From Okamejei kenojei (Eukaryota), in NCBI GenBank assembly GCA_035221665.1, contig CM069156.1, positions 36,022,001-36,086,000 of the forward strand: a DNA stretch of 64,000 bases, in the 5' to 3' direction. Position 1 is the stretch's first letter. Every line of letters begins with the position of its first letter. A program made the position numbers and the translations under genes. The notes beneath the pieces were generated by a model that was not told the DNA's origin, did not search any database, and was given only the letters and a program-made list of their open reading frames with translations. This document shows, piece after piece, positions 50,121-63,050 of the stretch.

Positions 50121-50240
50121 TTCACTTTCGATTTCTCGAATCCTACGCGGTAGCTTCCGGGATCCAGCATCTAATGTAAGGAAGATTGGTTTGGAGATTG
50201 TAACCGTGTAAGCAGGGGCAGGACAAGGGCAGGTGGGCGG
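50120..50240 (-). promoter_or_regulatory. Proximal promoter of the tapasin-family gene: tandem ISRE/IRF-E, ETS site, CCAAT box, GC box
   Basis: The minus strand reads GAAATCGAAAGTGAAA (50135-50120), CCGGAAGC (50160-50153) and CCAAT (50189-50185). GGGCGG lies at 50235-50240. Confidence 0.6.
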
Positions 50241-51190
50241 AGAGGGTGGTGAGGTGAGGGGATGGGGGAGAGGGGGTGGGAGGGGATGGGGGGAGATGGG
50301 AGGGGAGAGAGGGAGGGAGATGGGGGGAGAGGGGATGGGAGGGGGAGGGATGGGGGGGATGGGGGGGAGAGGGGATGGGAGGAGAGGGGGGGGAGGGGAT
50401 GGGGGGAGAGGGATGGGGAGGAGGGGGAACGGGGAGGAGGATGGGAGGATGGATGGATGGGGGGGAGGGGATGGGGGGGAGAGGGGGGGGGGAGGGGATG
50501 GGGAGAGGGGATGGGGGAGAGGGGATGGGGAGGAGAGGGGATTTGGGGGGAGAGGGGATGGGGGGAGATGGGGGAGGGGGGAATGGGGGGGGAGTGATGA
50601 TGGGACGGGGAGGGGGGGATGAGGGGGTGGGAGAGGGGGGTAGGAGGAGATGGGGGATTGGAGGGGGGAGAGGGGATGGGGAGGGAGAGGGATGGGGGGA
50701 GAGTATGGGGGGGAAAGGGGAATGGGGAGGGAGGGGAGGGGAATTGGGGGAGAGGGGATGGGGGGAGAGGGGATATTGGGGATGATGGGGGAGGAGGGGG
50801 AAGGCGAGGGGATGGGGGGAGAGGGATGGGGGATAGGGAGGGAAGGGAGGGGATGGGTGGAGAAGGGTTGATGGGGGGAGAGGGATGGGTGGATAGAGAG
50901 GGATGGGTGAGAGGGGTGGGGAGGAGGCTGGGCGTAGGTGATGGAGGGTGGATGGGAGAGAGGGTGGGGAGGCTCACAGCGTAAGTTCAGAGGTGGATGC
51001 GTATGGGGGGAGAGGGTGATGGTAGAGATGTGGATGGGGATGGGAGGGGATGGGGAGGAGAGGAAGATGTGGGTTGGGGAGAGGGATGAGAGTAGGGGCA
51101 TAGGATGAGGATGCGGTGATTGTGCAGAGGGGAGGTCGTTGGGAGGGGATGGCGAGGAGAGGTATCATAGGGAGGAAGAGGGATTTTGGA
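50241..51190. repeat. G-rich polypurine low-complexity tract (GGGGAGAGGGGAT-like units) upstream of the tapasin-family gene
   Basis: Visible composition. Confidence 0.9.
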
Positions 51191-51199
51191 GAGGAGTGT

Positions 51200-52200
51200 C
51201 GTAGCTTTTTCCCTTTGTTCTTGCTTTTCCATTTCTCTTCATGGTTTTCGCGTTTATATGGTCTAGCGTTCAGTTTTCATTTCTTCTGGGTCATTTCTTG
51301 CTTCTGGCCGCTTTTCATCTCTTATTTCTTCATTGTCTCGTTAGGGGCATTGCTTCTTTTCTTTCTGTGCAATTTCTTTTCTGTCTCTCCTCCTTTTCAT
51401 TTTTTTCTCTCTTGTAGCACGGCTTCTCGTTTTTTTCATCTCTTCATGGTCAGTTTTTCTTTTCATTTTCATCTTGCTTCTTTTATTCTCAGTTTCTTTT
51501 CTTCTCTTTAGTCTCGCTTTCCATTTATTCTCTTTTCATGCTCCTATTCTTCGTCTCAATTTTCATTTTTCTTGTGCTAGCGTTTCATTTTCTTCGGGTT
51601 GCTTTTCGTTTTACACTTTGGCATTCTCTTCGTTCCCCATTGCATTGCTTGTTTTTTTCTTTCTTTTCATTTCTTTCTATGTTCATTTGCATTTTCTTTT
51701 CTTTTGTCATTTTCTCTCTTGTCTCCTTTTCATGTCTCTTTCTTGTTAGCACTTTCATGTACTGCTTTTCATTCTTCCCCTCTATTCTTTCATTTGTCTG
51801 CTACTGTTCATTTTCATTTCGTTTTCAATTATCTTTTCATTTTCATTCTCTTCTATTTTGCTCACTTGTCTTTGCTCTTTATCATTTCTCTCTTTTCATT
51901 CTTTTCATTTGCTATCCACTTCTTCTCTATTCATTCTCCTTCTATTTTCATTTCTCTTATCATTTTCTTCTCTTATCCTATCGTTTCATGGGTCTTCTCT
52001 TTTCATTCCTGTGCCTTTGTCTTTTGTTCATTGTCTTCTTCCCTTTCAATTTCTCGTTCTCGTTTCTTTTCAATTTTTTCTTCTCTATCACTTTGTTTCT
52101 TCGCCTTTTCAAATTCCGTCTTCTTTCTTTTTCATTCCTCTTTCCCTTTCTCTTCATTCCATTTCTTATTTCTTCTGTTTCCTTGTTATTGATTCTTCGC
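51200..52200. repeat. T/C-rich aperiodic low-complexity tract, possibly low-quality assembly sequence
   Basis: Almost all T and C, with no stable repeat unit. The adjacent SINE at 52420-52790 is unusually garbled. Confidence 0.7.
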
Positions 52201-52792
52201 GTCGCGTAATCCTCTGATAAGTTGCATGATACCCCTACATTCGTGCATTATTCCATTCTAAATACGGAGATGGGAAACCTGTGTACCCCAGGTTCGGACA
52301 ACGACCGTGTAGTCCACACCCCGCTCTCTTTCAATATCTTCGGCGCCAATGACAAGGTTACTATCCTTACAAGCACATAGCAACGGTGGACCAGGAACGG
52401 AAGGGCCAAAAGGCCACCCCATGGGGCAGTAAGTAGCTGCCTCACCGCGCAGAGACCCCGGTAACGAACCGACTACGGGAGCTGTCTGTAATGTAGTTTG
52501 TACTTTCCCCTGTCCCCGCGTGGTTTTTCACCGTGTGCTCCAGTTTCGCATCCACACTCAAAGACATACAGGTTTTGTAGGTGAATTGGCTTGGTATCAT
52601 TGTAAAAGGTGGAAAAACAAATGGTTCCGCACGACTGGAAGGGTCGAGAGGGCCTGTTCCGTGCTGTAATATGTTATATGGTTATATCTGGATATATGGT
52701 TTGTGTAGCAGCTTAGCGTTAGTGTGCATGGATCCTGGTCGGCGCGGACACTGGTTTCCGCGCCTATAGTGTCTAAACAAAACTAACAATTT

Positions 52793-52930
52793 CTGGTGGG
52801 ATAGTGCAACCTTCGCTGGTCCGCCCTTTTACGACTGAATGCAATCAACCTGGCGAGTGCACAAATCAAAATAAGATCAAATAGTTGTTCCTACAACTTC
52901 TGACTGTGCACCCATACGCAAGAATAGAAG
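52793..52930 (+). mobile_element. Second, degraded copy of the ribozyme-headed short retroelement
   Basis: ggtgggatagtgcaaccttcgctggtccgccct...gaatgcaatc...aagatcaaatag...ctgtgcacccatacgcaagaatagaag aligns end-to-end with 63672-63802. Confidence 0.65.
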
Positions 52931-53751
52931 CTATACTCTTATATTAATTTCTATTTCCAGAATATACTTTATTCATAGAAAATATGAACAGGAAATGCAA
53001 GGCAATTGGAATAGGGGGGGAATATATGTATATTTTTCACTTTTTGCATCTTTCATTCATTTGTACCATATCTCTCTGTACTGTCCATATCTCTCGTTTT
53101 CCCTCTCCCCCGACTCTCAGTCTGAAGAAGGGTCTCGACCTGAAACGTCACCTGTTCCTTTTCTCCAGAGATGCTGCCTGACCCGCTGCGTTGCTTTAAC
53201 TTTGATGGCCAGTACAGTGCAGGGATGAAGGGTCTGTTTCCATGCTGTGTGATAATTAAACGTACAATTGATTATTTGCAGAAATGAGCCTGGGACTGCT
53301 GGTAATGCTTATATTATACCAAACGTGTAACATATATGAAAGAGCAGCACGGAAACAGGTCCTTCAGCCCTTCAAGTCCACTGCAAGCATTGATCACCCG
53401 TTCACACTGGTTCCATGTCACCCACTTCCTCATCCATTCCCTACACACACTAGGGGCAATTTACAGAAGCCAATTAATCTACAAAGCCGCACGTCTTTGG
53501 GATGTGGGAGGAAACCGGAGCAGCCGGAGGAAACCCAGGTGGTCACAGGGAGAACGTGCAAACTTCCTCACAGACGGTGTCGGAGGTCGGGATCGAACCC
53601 GGTTCTCTGGCACTGTGAGGTATCGGCTCTCCCAGCTGCGCCACTCTGCCACCTAGCCCATGGTTACGCGCCGTTTTCCACATTATGATGAACTATGGTG
53701 ATATGGCAATGCTGTGAAATATTATTGGATTGTTCCAATTATGGAGTTGTT

Positions 53752-56700
53752 CCTCTGTCCGCCAGCGTGTAAAAAACTTGGAAGGGATTCGTTACGCACC
53801 ACAGACGCCATCCATGTGATACACATCCTAAAGAGTCATGGTCATATTTGTGTCCAGCACTGATGCAACTTGATATCATAAGGAAAGGCCTGGTGACAAT
53901 CCAATATATATCTAAAAAAGATGCAGAGTGCTGGAGCGGCTCAGCAGGTCGGGCAGCGTCTCTGGAGAAACATTGGATACACAACGTTTGGATCGGGACC
54001 CTTCCTCAGACTTGGCCCTGATGAAGGATCCCGACCCGAAACTTTCATAGGTTATATGAGCAGAGTTAGGCCATTTGGCCCATCAAGTCTACCCCACCAT
54101 TCAATCAAGTCTGGTCTATCTTTCCCTCTCAACCCCATTCTCCTGCCTTCTCCACATAATCTTTGATGCCCTTACTAATCAAATCCCTGTTAATCTCTGC
54201 TTTGAAAATACCCAATGATGGCCTCCACAGCTGTCTGTGGCAATGAATTCCACAGATTGAACACCTTCTGACTAAGAAATTCTTCCTCATCTCCTTTCTA
54301 CAGGTACGTCCTTTTACTCTGAGGTTATGCCCCCTGGTCCTAGACTGTCCCACTAGTGCAAACATCCTCTCCACGTCCACTCGATAGATGATCCAGTCCT
54401 TTCATTATTCAGTGCCTCTCCATGTTCCCCTGAGTTGTTGTCTGACCGGCTGAGTTACTCCAGCACTATGATTCTTCTTTAGGAAACCAATCCCTGCAGT
54501 TCCTTGTTTCAATAACTACTATCGACCTCATTGGTGACCCTCGAGCTATCCTTGATCGGACTTTGCTGGCTTTACCTTGCACTAAGCATTATTCCCTTAA
54601 CAGGGATAGGTCAAGTTTGGAGGGATAAGGACCAAGCGCAGGCAGTTGGGACTAGTATAGCCGGGACATGTTGTCTGATGTGGGCCAGTTGGGCCGAAGG
54701 GTCTGTTTCCACACTGTCACTCTGACTGTATGTGATCTATACACTGTAAATGCATTGATTGGAATATGTATTCCTTTCTGCTGACTGGTTAGCACGCAAC
54801 AAAGATGTTTCATTGCACCTCGGTACAAGTGACAATAAACAAAACTGAAACTGAACTATAAACAAATATACCTTCCATAAAACTGCAGTTTTTTTAAAAT
54901 TATGTTTGCTCATTGAACCTACTAGAGAAATAGATACAAAACACAGTAACGTCAGCAAATGTTGTTTGAGGTTTGAAAAAGTAATGAGCATTTTTTCAGT
55001 GCAATAAATACTTGAAGCTCAATAAATGCTATTAGTAGTTCTGGACAATGTACAAACGTTTGGAGCTTATAGACATGATAATAATATCTAACATCAACAG
55101 CAGCTTATTTTTCAACAAGGCAAAGACATTTAAATGAATCACTGGGTGTGCTGGCAGGCCAATTCTTAGATTTCATGTGAAATGCTTCATCCCATTCTGA
55201 TAAGAATGTCACATTTGGAATGCTGGGGAGATACACTTTATAACTCCATCCAGATGTGTATGAGCATAGATGTAGTAAATAATGAGAAACTTTTCACCTC
55301 AGCAAAGGCATCTATAGCCAGGTAAGGAGATGATTTGGAGTGGACCTTTTAATCTGGAGTGCATTGTTCAGTTTAGTTTAGATGCAGCGCGGAAACAGGG
55401 CCTTCGGCCTACTGAGTCCCCATGGACCAGCAATCCCTGCACATTAACACTACCCTTCATATGAGGAACAATTTTTTTAACACTTATACCAAGCCAATTA
55501 ACCTACAAACCTGTACGTCTTTGGAGAGTGGGAGGAACATATAAAACTATAAAAGGACTGGACAAACTAGATGCAGGAAAAATGTTCCCAATGTTGGGCG
55601 AGTCCAGAACCAGGGGCCACAGTCTTAGAATAAAGGGGAGGCCATTTAAGACTGAGGTGAGAAAAATCTTTTTCACCCAGAGAGTTGTGAATTTGTGGAA
55701 TTCCCTGCCACAGAGGGCAATGGAGGCCAAATCACTGGATGGATTTAGAGAGAGTTTATAGGGCACTAGGGGCTGGTGGAATCAAGGGATATGGGGAGAA
55801 GGCAGCCACGGGTTATTGATTTGGGACGATCAGCCATGATCACAATGAATGGCAGTGCTGGCTCGAAGGGCCGAATAGCCTCCTCCTGCTCCTATTTTCT
55901 ATGTTGCTATGTTTCTATGAAACCAAAGATCTTGGGGAAAAAACTTACGCAAGTCACAGGGAGAACGTACAAACTCCGTACGGACAAGCACCCTTAGTCA
56001 GGCTCAAACCCGAGTCTCTGGCGCTGTAAGGCATTAGTTCTGCTGCTGGATCACTCATGTCCCGAAAGCTTTTTAAGGAAACAGGTACCCTTTGTCTAAA
56101 TGCATTGGTTGGATCACTACTTACAACCAGTTAAATACAAACTGAGTATCACAACACAATAATAAGTGCAGTTAACAACTTTTAGTAGAATTTAATTGAC
56201 TAAGATCCTTTGGAACATTCTCTGGTTGTGAAGTGTGCCAGTTATTTTAGTTTCCAAATCAACGATAAATCAGCTCAAAAATATCTAGTACAGGTCCACA
56301 TTGACTGCAGCAACCTGTGGTTTTTCCCGGGCAGCACAGAGCGCGGTGGTAGGCTTGCTGCCTTACAGCCCCAGAGACCCAGTCTATCCTAACTGCGGCG
56401 CTGTCAGCGTGAGTTTAACATGTTTTTCCGCTGTGATCTCATGGGCTTTCTCCTTGTTTCCCCCGTTCCCTCCCACATTCCAAAGAAAGAGAGGTATTCT
56501 AGGGTAATTTGGCCCTGCAACTGTCCCTAGTGTGTGTTGGATAGAACTAGTGTACGTGCGATCGTTGGTCGGTGCGGACTCAGTGGGCCGAAGGGCCTGT
56601 TTCCAGGCTGTAGCTCTAAGCTATACAAGTACCTCTGTCTGCCAGTGTGCAAACTTGGAGGATTCATTATGCCCCCCAGATGTCATCCTATGTGATACAC

Positions 56701-58805
56701 ATCCCAAAAAGTCATGGTCACATTTGTGTCCAGCACTGATGCAACTTGATATCATAAGGAAAGGCCTGGTGACAATCCAATATATCTAAAAAAGGATGCA
56801 GAGTGCTAGAGTAGCTCAGCAGGCCGGGCAACATCTCTGGAGAACATGGATACACAATGTTTTTGTCAGAATCCTTCTTCAGACTCGGGTCTGAAGATAG
56901 ATCCCAACCCAAAATGTTCACGTCATAGGAGTAGAATTAGGCCATTTGGCCCATTGCATCTACTCCACTATTCGATAATGGCTGATCTATCTTTCCCTCT
57001 CAATCCCATTCTCTTGCCTTCTCCCCTGACATCCTTACTAATCAAGAACCTGTGAATCTGCTTTAAAAATACCTGACCTCCACAGTTGCCTGTGGCGATG
57101 AACTCCACAAATTCACCACCCCCTGGTAAAGAACATCCTCATCTCCTTTCTAAAAGGTATGTCCTTTTATTGTGAGGCTATGCACCCTGGTACTAGACTG
57201 TCCCACTGGGTGTAAAGATCCCCTCCACCTCCACTGTATCCTGTCCTTTCATTATTCTGCACCTCTCCACGTTCTCCTGAGTTGCTGTCTGACCCGCAGA
57301 GTTACTCCAGTACTCGGAGTCTTCTTTTGCAAACCAATCTCTGCAGTGCCTTGTTTCTCAAACTATTATCTACCTCTTTGGTGACCCTCGGACTATCCTT
57401 TATTGGACTTTGCTGACTTTATCTCCCAGTAAACATTATTCCCTTATCACGTATGCATACACTGTAATGGCATTGATTGTGATCATGTATTGTCTTCCTG
57501 CTGGCTGGTTAGCACACAACTACAGCTTTTCACTGTACCTCGCTCGGTACACGTGACAATAAACTAAACTGAACTTGAACTATAACCAAATATACCTTCC
57601 ATGTTAATACTGGTAAAGCTGAAACTGACTCCCAAGGAATTATTACCCAAAGGATATAGAAACATCTTGACATACAGCACATCAATGGAAACATTGCAAG
57701 CACGTTTGTCAGCACTTTCATAGAAAAAAAGATAGATTTTTATACAAACTCATAGGTTTTTTATTATGTTTGCTTATTGAACCTAATAGAGAAATAGATA
57801 CAAAACACAATAACGTCAGCAAATGTTGTTTTGAGTTTTTAAAAAGTAATGAGCATTTTTTCAGTGCAATAAATACTTGAAGCTCAATAAATGCTATTAG
57901 TAGTTCTGGACGATGTACAAACGTTTGGAGCTTATAGACATGATAATAATATCTAACATCAACAGCAGCTTATTTTTCAACAAGGCAAAGACATTGAAAT
58001 GAATCACTGGGATACTGGCAGGCCAATTCTTAGATTTCATGTGGAATGCTTCCTCCCATTCCGATAAGACAGTCTCATTTGGTATTCTAGACAGAGATAC
58101 GTTTTATAACTCCATCCAGATGTATATGAGGCATCGATATGGTAAAGAATGAGAAACTTTTTACCTCAGCAACTGCATCTATATCCAGGTAAGGAGAAGA
58201 TTTGGAGTGGACCTTTTAATTAGAAGGTGGTTGAAATCTGGACTGCATTGTTTAGTTTAGAGATACAGCGCAGAAACAGGCCCTTCGGCCCACAGAGTCC
58301 GCACAGACCAGCGATCCCCACACATTAACACTACCCTTCACACGCGAGGGACAATTTTTCTACATTGATACAAAGCCAATTAACCTACAAACCTGTACTT
58401 TCTTTGGAGAGTGGGAGGAAACCAAAGATCTTGGAGAAAACCCATGCAGGTCACGGGGAGAACTTCGTAGGGACAAGCACCCATAGTCAGGAGCTAACCC
58501 GGGTCGCTGGCGCTGTAAGGCAATACCGTTGTGCCACCGTGCGACTCATGTCCCGAAAGCTTTTTAAGGAAACGGGTACACTTTGTCTAAATGCATCGGT
58601 TGGATCACTACTAACAATCAGTTAAATATAAACTGTGTTTCACAACACAATAATAAGTGCAGTTAACAACTTTTAGCAGAATTTAATTGACCAACGTCCT
58701 TTGGAACATCCTCTGGTTATGAAATGTGTCACGAAACAAGTTATTTTCGTTTCCACATCAACGATAAATCATCACAAAAATAACTAGTCCAGGTCCATCA
58801 TTGAC
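53752..58805. repeat. Diverged tandem segmental duplication (copy A about 53752-56305, copy B about 56632-58805) downstream of the EXO5 stop
   Basis: Shared unique blocks in the same order, for example gtcatggtca.atttgtgtccagcactgatgcaacttgatatcataaggaaaggcc and gtgcaataaatacttgaagctcaataaatgc. Confidence 0.9.
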
Positions 58806-59064
58806 CTTCGGGTCGAGACCCTTCTTCAGATCCGAAACATCACCCATTCCTTCTCTCCAGAGATGCTGCCTGACCCACTGAGTTACTCCCGCATTGTGTG
58901 TCTACCTTCGATTTAAACCAGCATCTGCAGTTCCTTCCTACAGATTTGTAGGTTAATTGGCATGCTATGTGTAAATAGTCCCTAATGTAGGATAGTACGG
59001 GTGGGTGTGGACTCGGTGGGCCAAAGGGCCTGTTTCCGAGCTGTGGGTCTAAACTAAATTATGA

Positions 59065-59533
59065 TCATTTTCTGTGATTTGCTCGATTCCTCTCGACAGC
59101 TTCTTCGGCTTTCTTCTCTCTCCACTGACAGATGTCTGCAAAGTCGCACGATCGGCATTTCCAGGCCTCCTCGATATCCACCCCCTGGGCCTCCCGCTGG
59201 CCCTTCCAGAAGGAGCAGTAATGTTTCAGCTCCTTTACAACCAGCTTCTCCTCAAAGCGCACCACTTCCGTCCCGATCACAGAGGCATCGGCTTGGTAGA
59301 CAGTACTCGATCTTCAGAACGTCAATGGTGGGGATCTCAATGTACATCAGGTTCAAAAATATCAAATCCAAGAGTTCACCAAATGTGTTTACAAACAGGC
59401 CCATCTTCTTAGCGTGCAGCATGACCTCCGAACCAAAGCTCCGCTCCGTTTGCAACTGAAGATGTTGGACGATTGTGTCTTTCTTCAGCTGGCCTTTGAC
59501 CAAAGCCTCAAACAGAAGCTTGTACACACTGAC
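59065..59533 (-). CDS. EXO5: EXO5 terminal coding exon (VSVYKLLFEAL...EEAWKCRSCDFADICQWR...*), with a +1 frameshift at about 59299-59302
   Basis: ttaccag| acceptor. Two overlapping ORFs (59252-59527 and 59065-59280) join if one base of TAC-TGTC-TAC is removed. The C-terminal CxxCx5C Fe-S ligands are present. Confidence 0.88.
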
Positions 59534-60899
59534 CTGGTAATCAAAGGAATTTTGTTTTATTAGAGGAAAGCGATCGTTAAAACCTTACACTGAATTAAAG
59601 CCTCTTGAGGGCGCACAGTAGCGCAGCTGGTAGAGCTGCTGCCTCACAGTATCAGGGACCCGGACTCGATCCTGACCTCATGTGTTGTCAGTGTGGAGTT
59701 TGCACATTCTACCTGACCGCATGGGTGCTCCGGTTTCCTCCTACATCCCAAAGATTTGCTGGTTTGTCGGTTATTTGGCTCTGTAAATTGCCCTAGAGTG
59801 TAGGGAGTGGATGAGGCTATGGGACAACATAGAACTGCAGTTCCTTGTTTCTACATAGTCAAGTCAACTCAAGTTAATTTCATTTCTGTAGCACATTTAA
59901 AAACAACTCTCGTTGACCAAAGTGCTTTACATTAGAACTAGTGTGAATGGGTGAGCGATGGTCGGTGTGGATTCAGTGTGCCGAACATCCTGTTTCCATG
60001 CTGCATCTCTAAACTAAACTACCTTACCCTATCTGTGTACCAGAGACAATATCTGCTTATAAGCCAGATAACATACTAGGGTCCCTAGTATCGTGGTAAA
60101 GAGACATGGAAACAAAACACACCAACATACAGCTTCTTCTTTCAGTTGCAAAATCAAGTGCCAAGACATTTTATCACTCTTTTGTCACTTTCTGTGAGAG
60201 TAAAAGATATGTTATAACTAAACAATTAACAGGAGATTTTGTCGATTTGGGGATATCAGCAAATTCACATAGTTTTGAAATACATTAAAACACTCTCACA
60301 GATAATATGAATTTAATCTGACTTTATTTGGTTTTATATTGCACTAAACGGGTGAACATCAGGAACATTAGAGGAAGAGACTGACTTTGGTGCCTTCCCT
60401 CACAGTGGGAAATGTTTGATTCTGCTGTGTGGGGATATTTTATGTTGGACTCTGTCGTGTGATGTGTTCTGTATTGTATTGTATGGCTGTATGGTGACCA
60501 CATTTCACTGTGCCAACTGGTACATGTGACAAATAAATGTATCTTGTACATTATTCCCTTTACCCTCTACCTCTATACACCGTGTGACGGTTTGATTGTA
60601 ATCACGTATACTTTCCGCTGCTTAGATGTCACGCAACAAAGAAGATTTTTCACTGTTCCTCATTGAATTCTCCAATCTTAGTAAAGGGCCTGTCCCACTT
60701 TCACGACCTAATTCACGGCCTTTTTTACTCGTGGACAATTTTCATCAGGCTAGAAAAACGCCCCGACCTACTTGATGCCACGAGTACCAACGACTAGCAT
60801 CACGGCCTGCTATGACCTACCTACGACCTCGTGACGGCCATGCAGCGAGTATGAGTCAAGGGCAAACAACAAACCCCAGCAGAGGTCATGAATTAGGCA

Positions 60900-61565
60900 A
60901 CCCACCCAAAAACACCCACCCCCAACCAAACCTCTCTTCGTGCCTCTCCCCCCCTCATCCTCCATCCCCCCCCCCCCAGCCCCCCCCCCTCCCCCCCCTC
61001 CCCTCCCCCCACCCCCCCCCCCCCCCCCCCCCTCAATCGTCGGACAGCTTCGCGCACCCCCAGACCTACCACCCCCCCCCCCTCTCCCCCCCCCCCCTCA
61101 CTCCCCCTCTCCTCCTCCCACCCCCCTCTACCCCACCCCCTCCCTTCCCCCCCCCCCACCTACCCCCCCCCCACGACGCCTCCGCCGCCTCCCCCCCCCC
61201 GCCCTCCACTTCCCCAACTCCCCTCACTACCCTCCCCTCCTCCTCCAACCCACCCACCTCCCCCCCCCCCCCCCCATCCCCAACCCCCCCCCTCTCCCCA
61301 AACCTCTCACCCAAAACCCCCTCCCCCCCCCAGCCCACTCCCCCCCCCCCCCCCCCCTCCCCCCCTTCGTCCCCACCTCACCCCTACCCCCCACTCCCCC
61401 CCCGCTGCACACCCCTCCCCCTCCCCCCCTGCCCCACACACCCGCCCCCCCCCCCTCCCCCCGGATGCTTCCCTCCTCCCCCCTCACCCCCCACTCCGAC
61501 CTTCCCCCGCCCACCCCCCCTCTCCCCCCCCCCCCTTCTCCCCTTCCATGCCTTTCCCCGTCCCC
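60900..61565. repeat. C-rich low-complexity tract in an EXO5 intron
   Basis: Poly-C runs. Explains the Pro-rich ORFs. Confidence 0.9.
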
Positions 61566-62877
61566 TTCCACCTGTATCCCTTCCTCTGGCTTCAGAATTT
61601 ACTTCTCTTATCTCCTTATCAGCCTTTTTGTCTTCATTTCATCTCTGGGCATTGTCCACCGATATGCCAATAAAAATGCTCCTCACCTGTATCCACCGAT
61701 CACTTACCAGACCTCATCCAGCCTCCACCTTTTTTTCTCAGCTTTCTCCCCACCCCACCCCCACAACTGCCGAAGAAGTGATCCTGACCCGAAACATCGC
61801 CTACCCATGTTCTCCAGAGATGCTGCCTGATCCGCTGAGTTGCTCCAGCACACTGTCTTTGACTTTGTAAACCAGCATTTGCGGTTGCTCGTGTCCAGTG
61901 TCCTGTGTGTATTACAGCACCGCAGTTGTGCATTTAAGACCTGATGGGTGACTTGAACCAAAAGCATTCTGACCCAGGGGAGAGGGGACTGATAAAGAAG
62001 CCACACAGCATGCACTTGGAATTTACTGTGACTCACAAAAGCTCCATGTTAGTGCTCATGAACTTGACTCTACCATAAGGTGGCACAAAATCTAACTCGG
62101 GTATGCCGACCCAATTTAAAGGAGTCTGGGGAGGACCATTTGTTTTGTTCTAAACATTAGTTTAGAGATACAGCAGAGAAACAGGCCTTTGGCCCACCGG
62201 GTCTGCGCTGACCATCGATCAGCCACTCACACTTCTTCATGTCATCTCACTTTCCCATCCACTCCCTACACACAGCAGGCAATTTTCAGCCAGTATTTGT
62301 CCATTTTTAGCTGGGGTCAAGAAAGAATTGAAAGGCACAGCATGGAAACAGGTCCTTCGGCCCACCGGGTCCATGCCGACCATCGACACTTGTTCTAAGT
62401 TAACCTACTGGTCCTCTATTCACTGGAGTTTAGAAGAATGAGGGACCTCATTGAAACCTACAGAATAATGAAAGGCATAGATACAGTGGATGTGGAAAGG
62501 ACATTTCCACTGGTGGGAGAGTCAAGGACCAAAGGTCATAGCTTCAGAATTAAAGGATGTTCTTTTAGAAAGGAGGTGAGGAGGAATGTCTTTAGTCAGA
62601 AGATAGTTAATCTGTGGATCTCATTGCCACGGAGAGCTGTGGAGAGCAAGTCAGTGGATATTTTTAAGGCAGAGATAGACAAATTCTTGATTAGAACGGG
62701 TGTCAAGGGCTACGGAGAGAAGGCAGGAAAATGGGCTTTGGAGGCAGAGATCAGCCATGATTGAATGGTGGAATAGACTCGATGGGCCGAATGGCCTAAT
62801 TGTAGCCTGTAAGCTTGTGAGCTATATGTCGGTGTAAAATGAATGTGTTTCGAATGATTCTCGCCCGACTCACTTAC

Positions 62878-63050
62878 TTGTAAGTGGTGGCTCTTCCTTT
62901 GGGCAGCACTGGGGAACGTCGGCTGGGCACGGGTTTTCAGCTCGCGCAGTTCCAGCTCACCACTGGAACTGTAGCACAGCTCGTCAATCACACCCACCAG
63001 GAAAATCCCCTCCACTTCTCCAAACACCGGCAGCTCTCGTACGCGCTCTC
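62878..63050 (-). CDS. EXO5: EXO5 (exonuclease V/DEM1) internal exon with PD-(D/E)xK motifs (ELPVFG...GVIDEL...ELKTR...HHLQ)
   Basis: ttcag| acceptor and CAA|gtaagt donor, phase 1/0. Contains the RecB/AddB-type motifs II and III typical of EXO5. Confidence 0.9.

Noticed and set aside
49896-51101. 401-aa Pro-rich ORF and overlapping Gly-rich ORFs
   Set aside because: Low-complexity G-rich tract. Only 50039-50120 is credible coding sequence.
51538-52209. Phe/Leu/Ser-rich 'membrane protein' ORFs
   Set aside because: Artefact of T/C low-complexity, probably low-quality sequence.
53810-53900. Conserved duplicated block as a possible C/D snoRNA
   Set aside because: No proper RUGAUGA/CUGA pair with a terminal stem. 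The similarity is explained by the tandem duplication.
60073-60091. Short palindrome ATACTAGGG-T-CCCTAGTAT
   Set aside because: May be a MITE remnant, but no clear TIR or TSD could be defined.
60812-61870. 352-aa extensin/formin-like proline-rich ORF
   Set aside because: Poly-C tract plus MITE and Penelope fragments inside an EXO5 intron.
62878-63050. Cas4/CRISPR association of the RecB-like nuclease
   Set aside because: It is a spliced eukaryotic EXO5, and there is no repeat-spacer array in the window.
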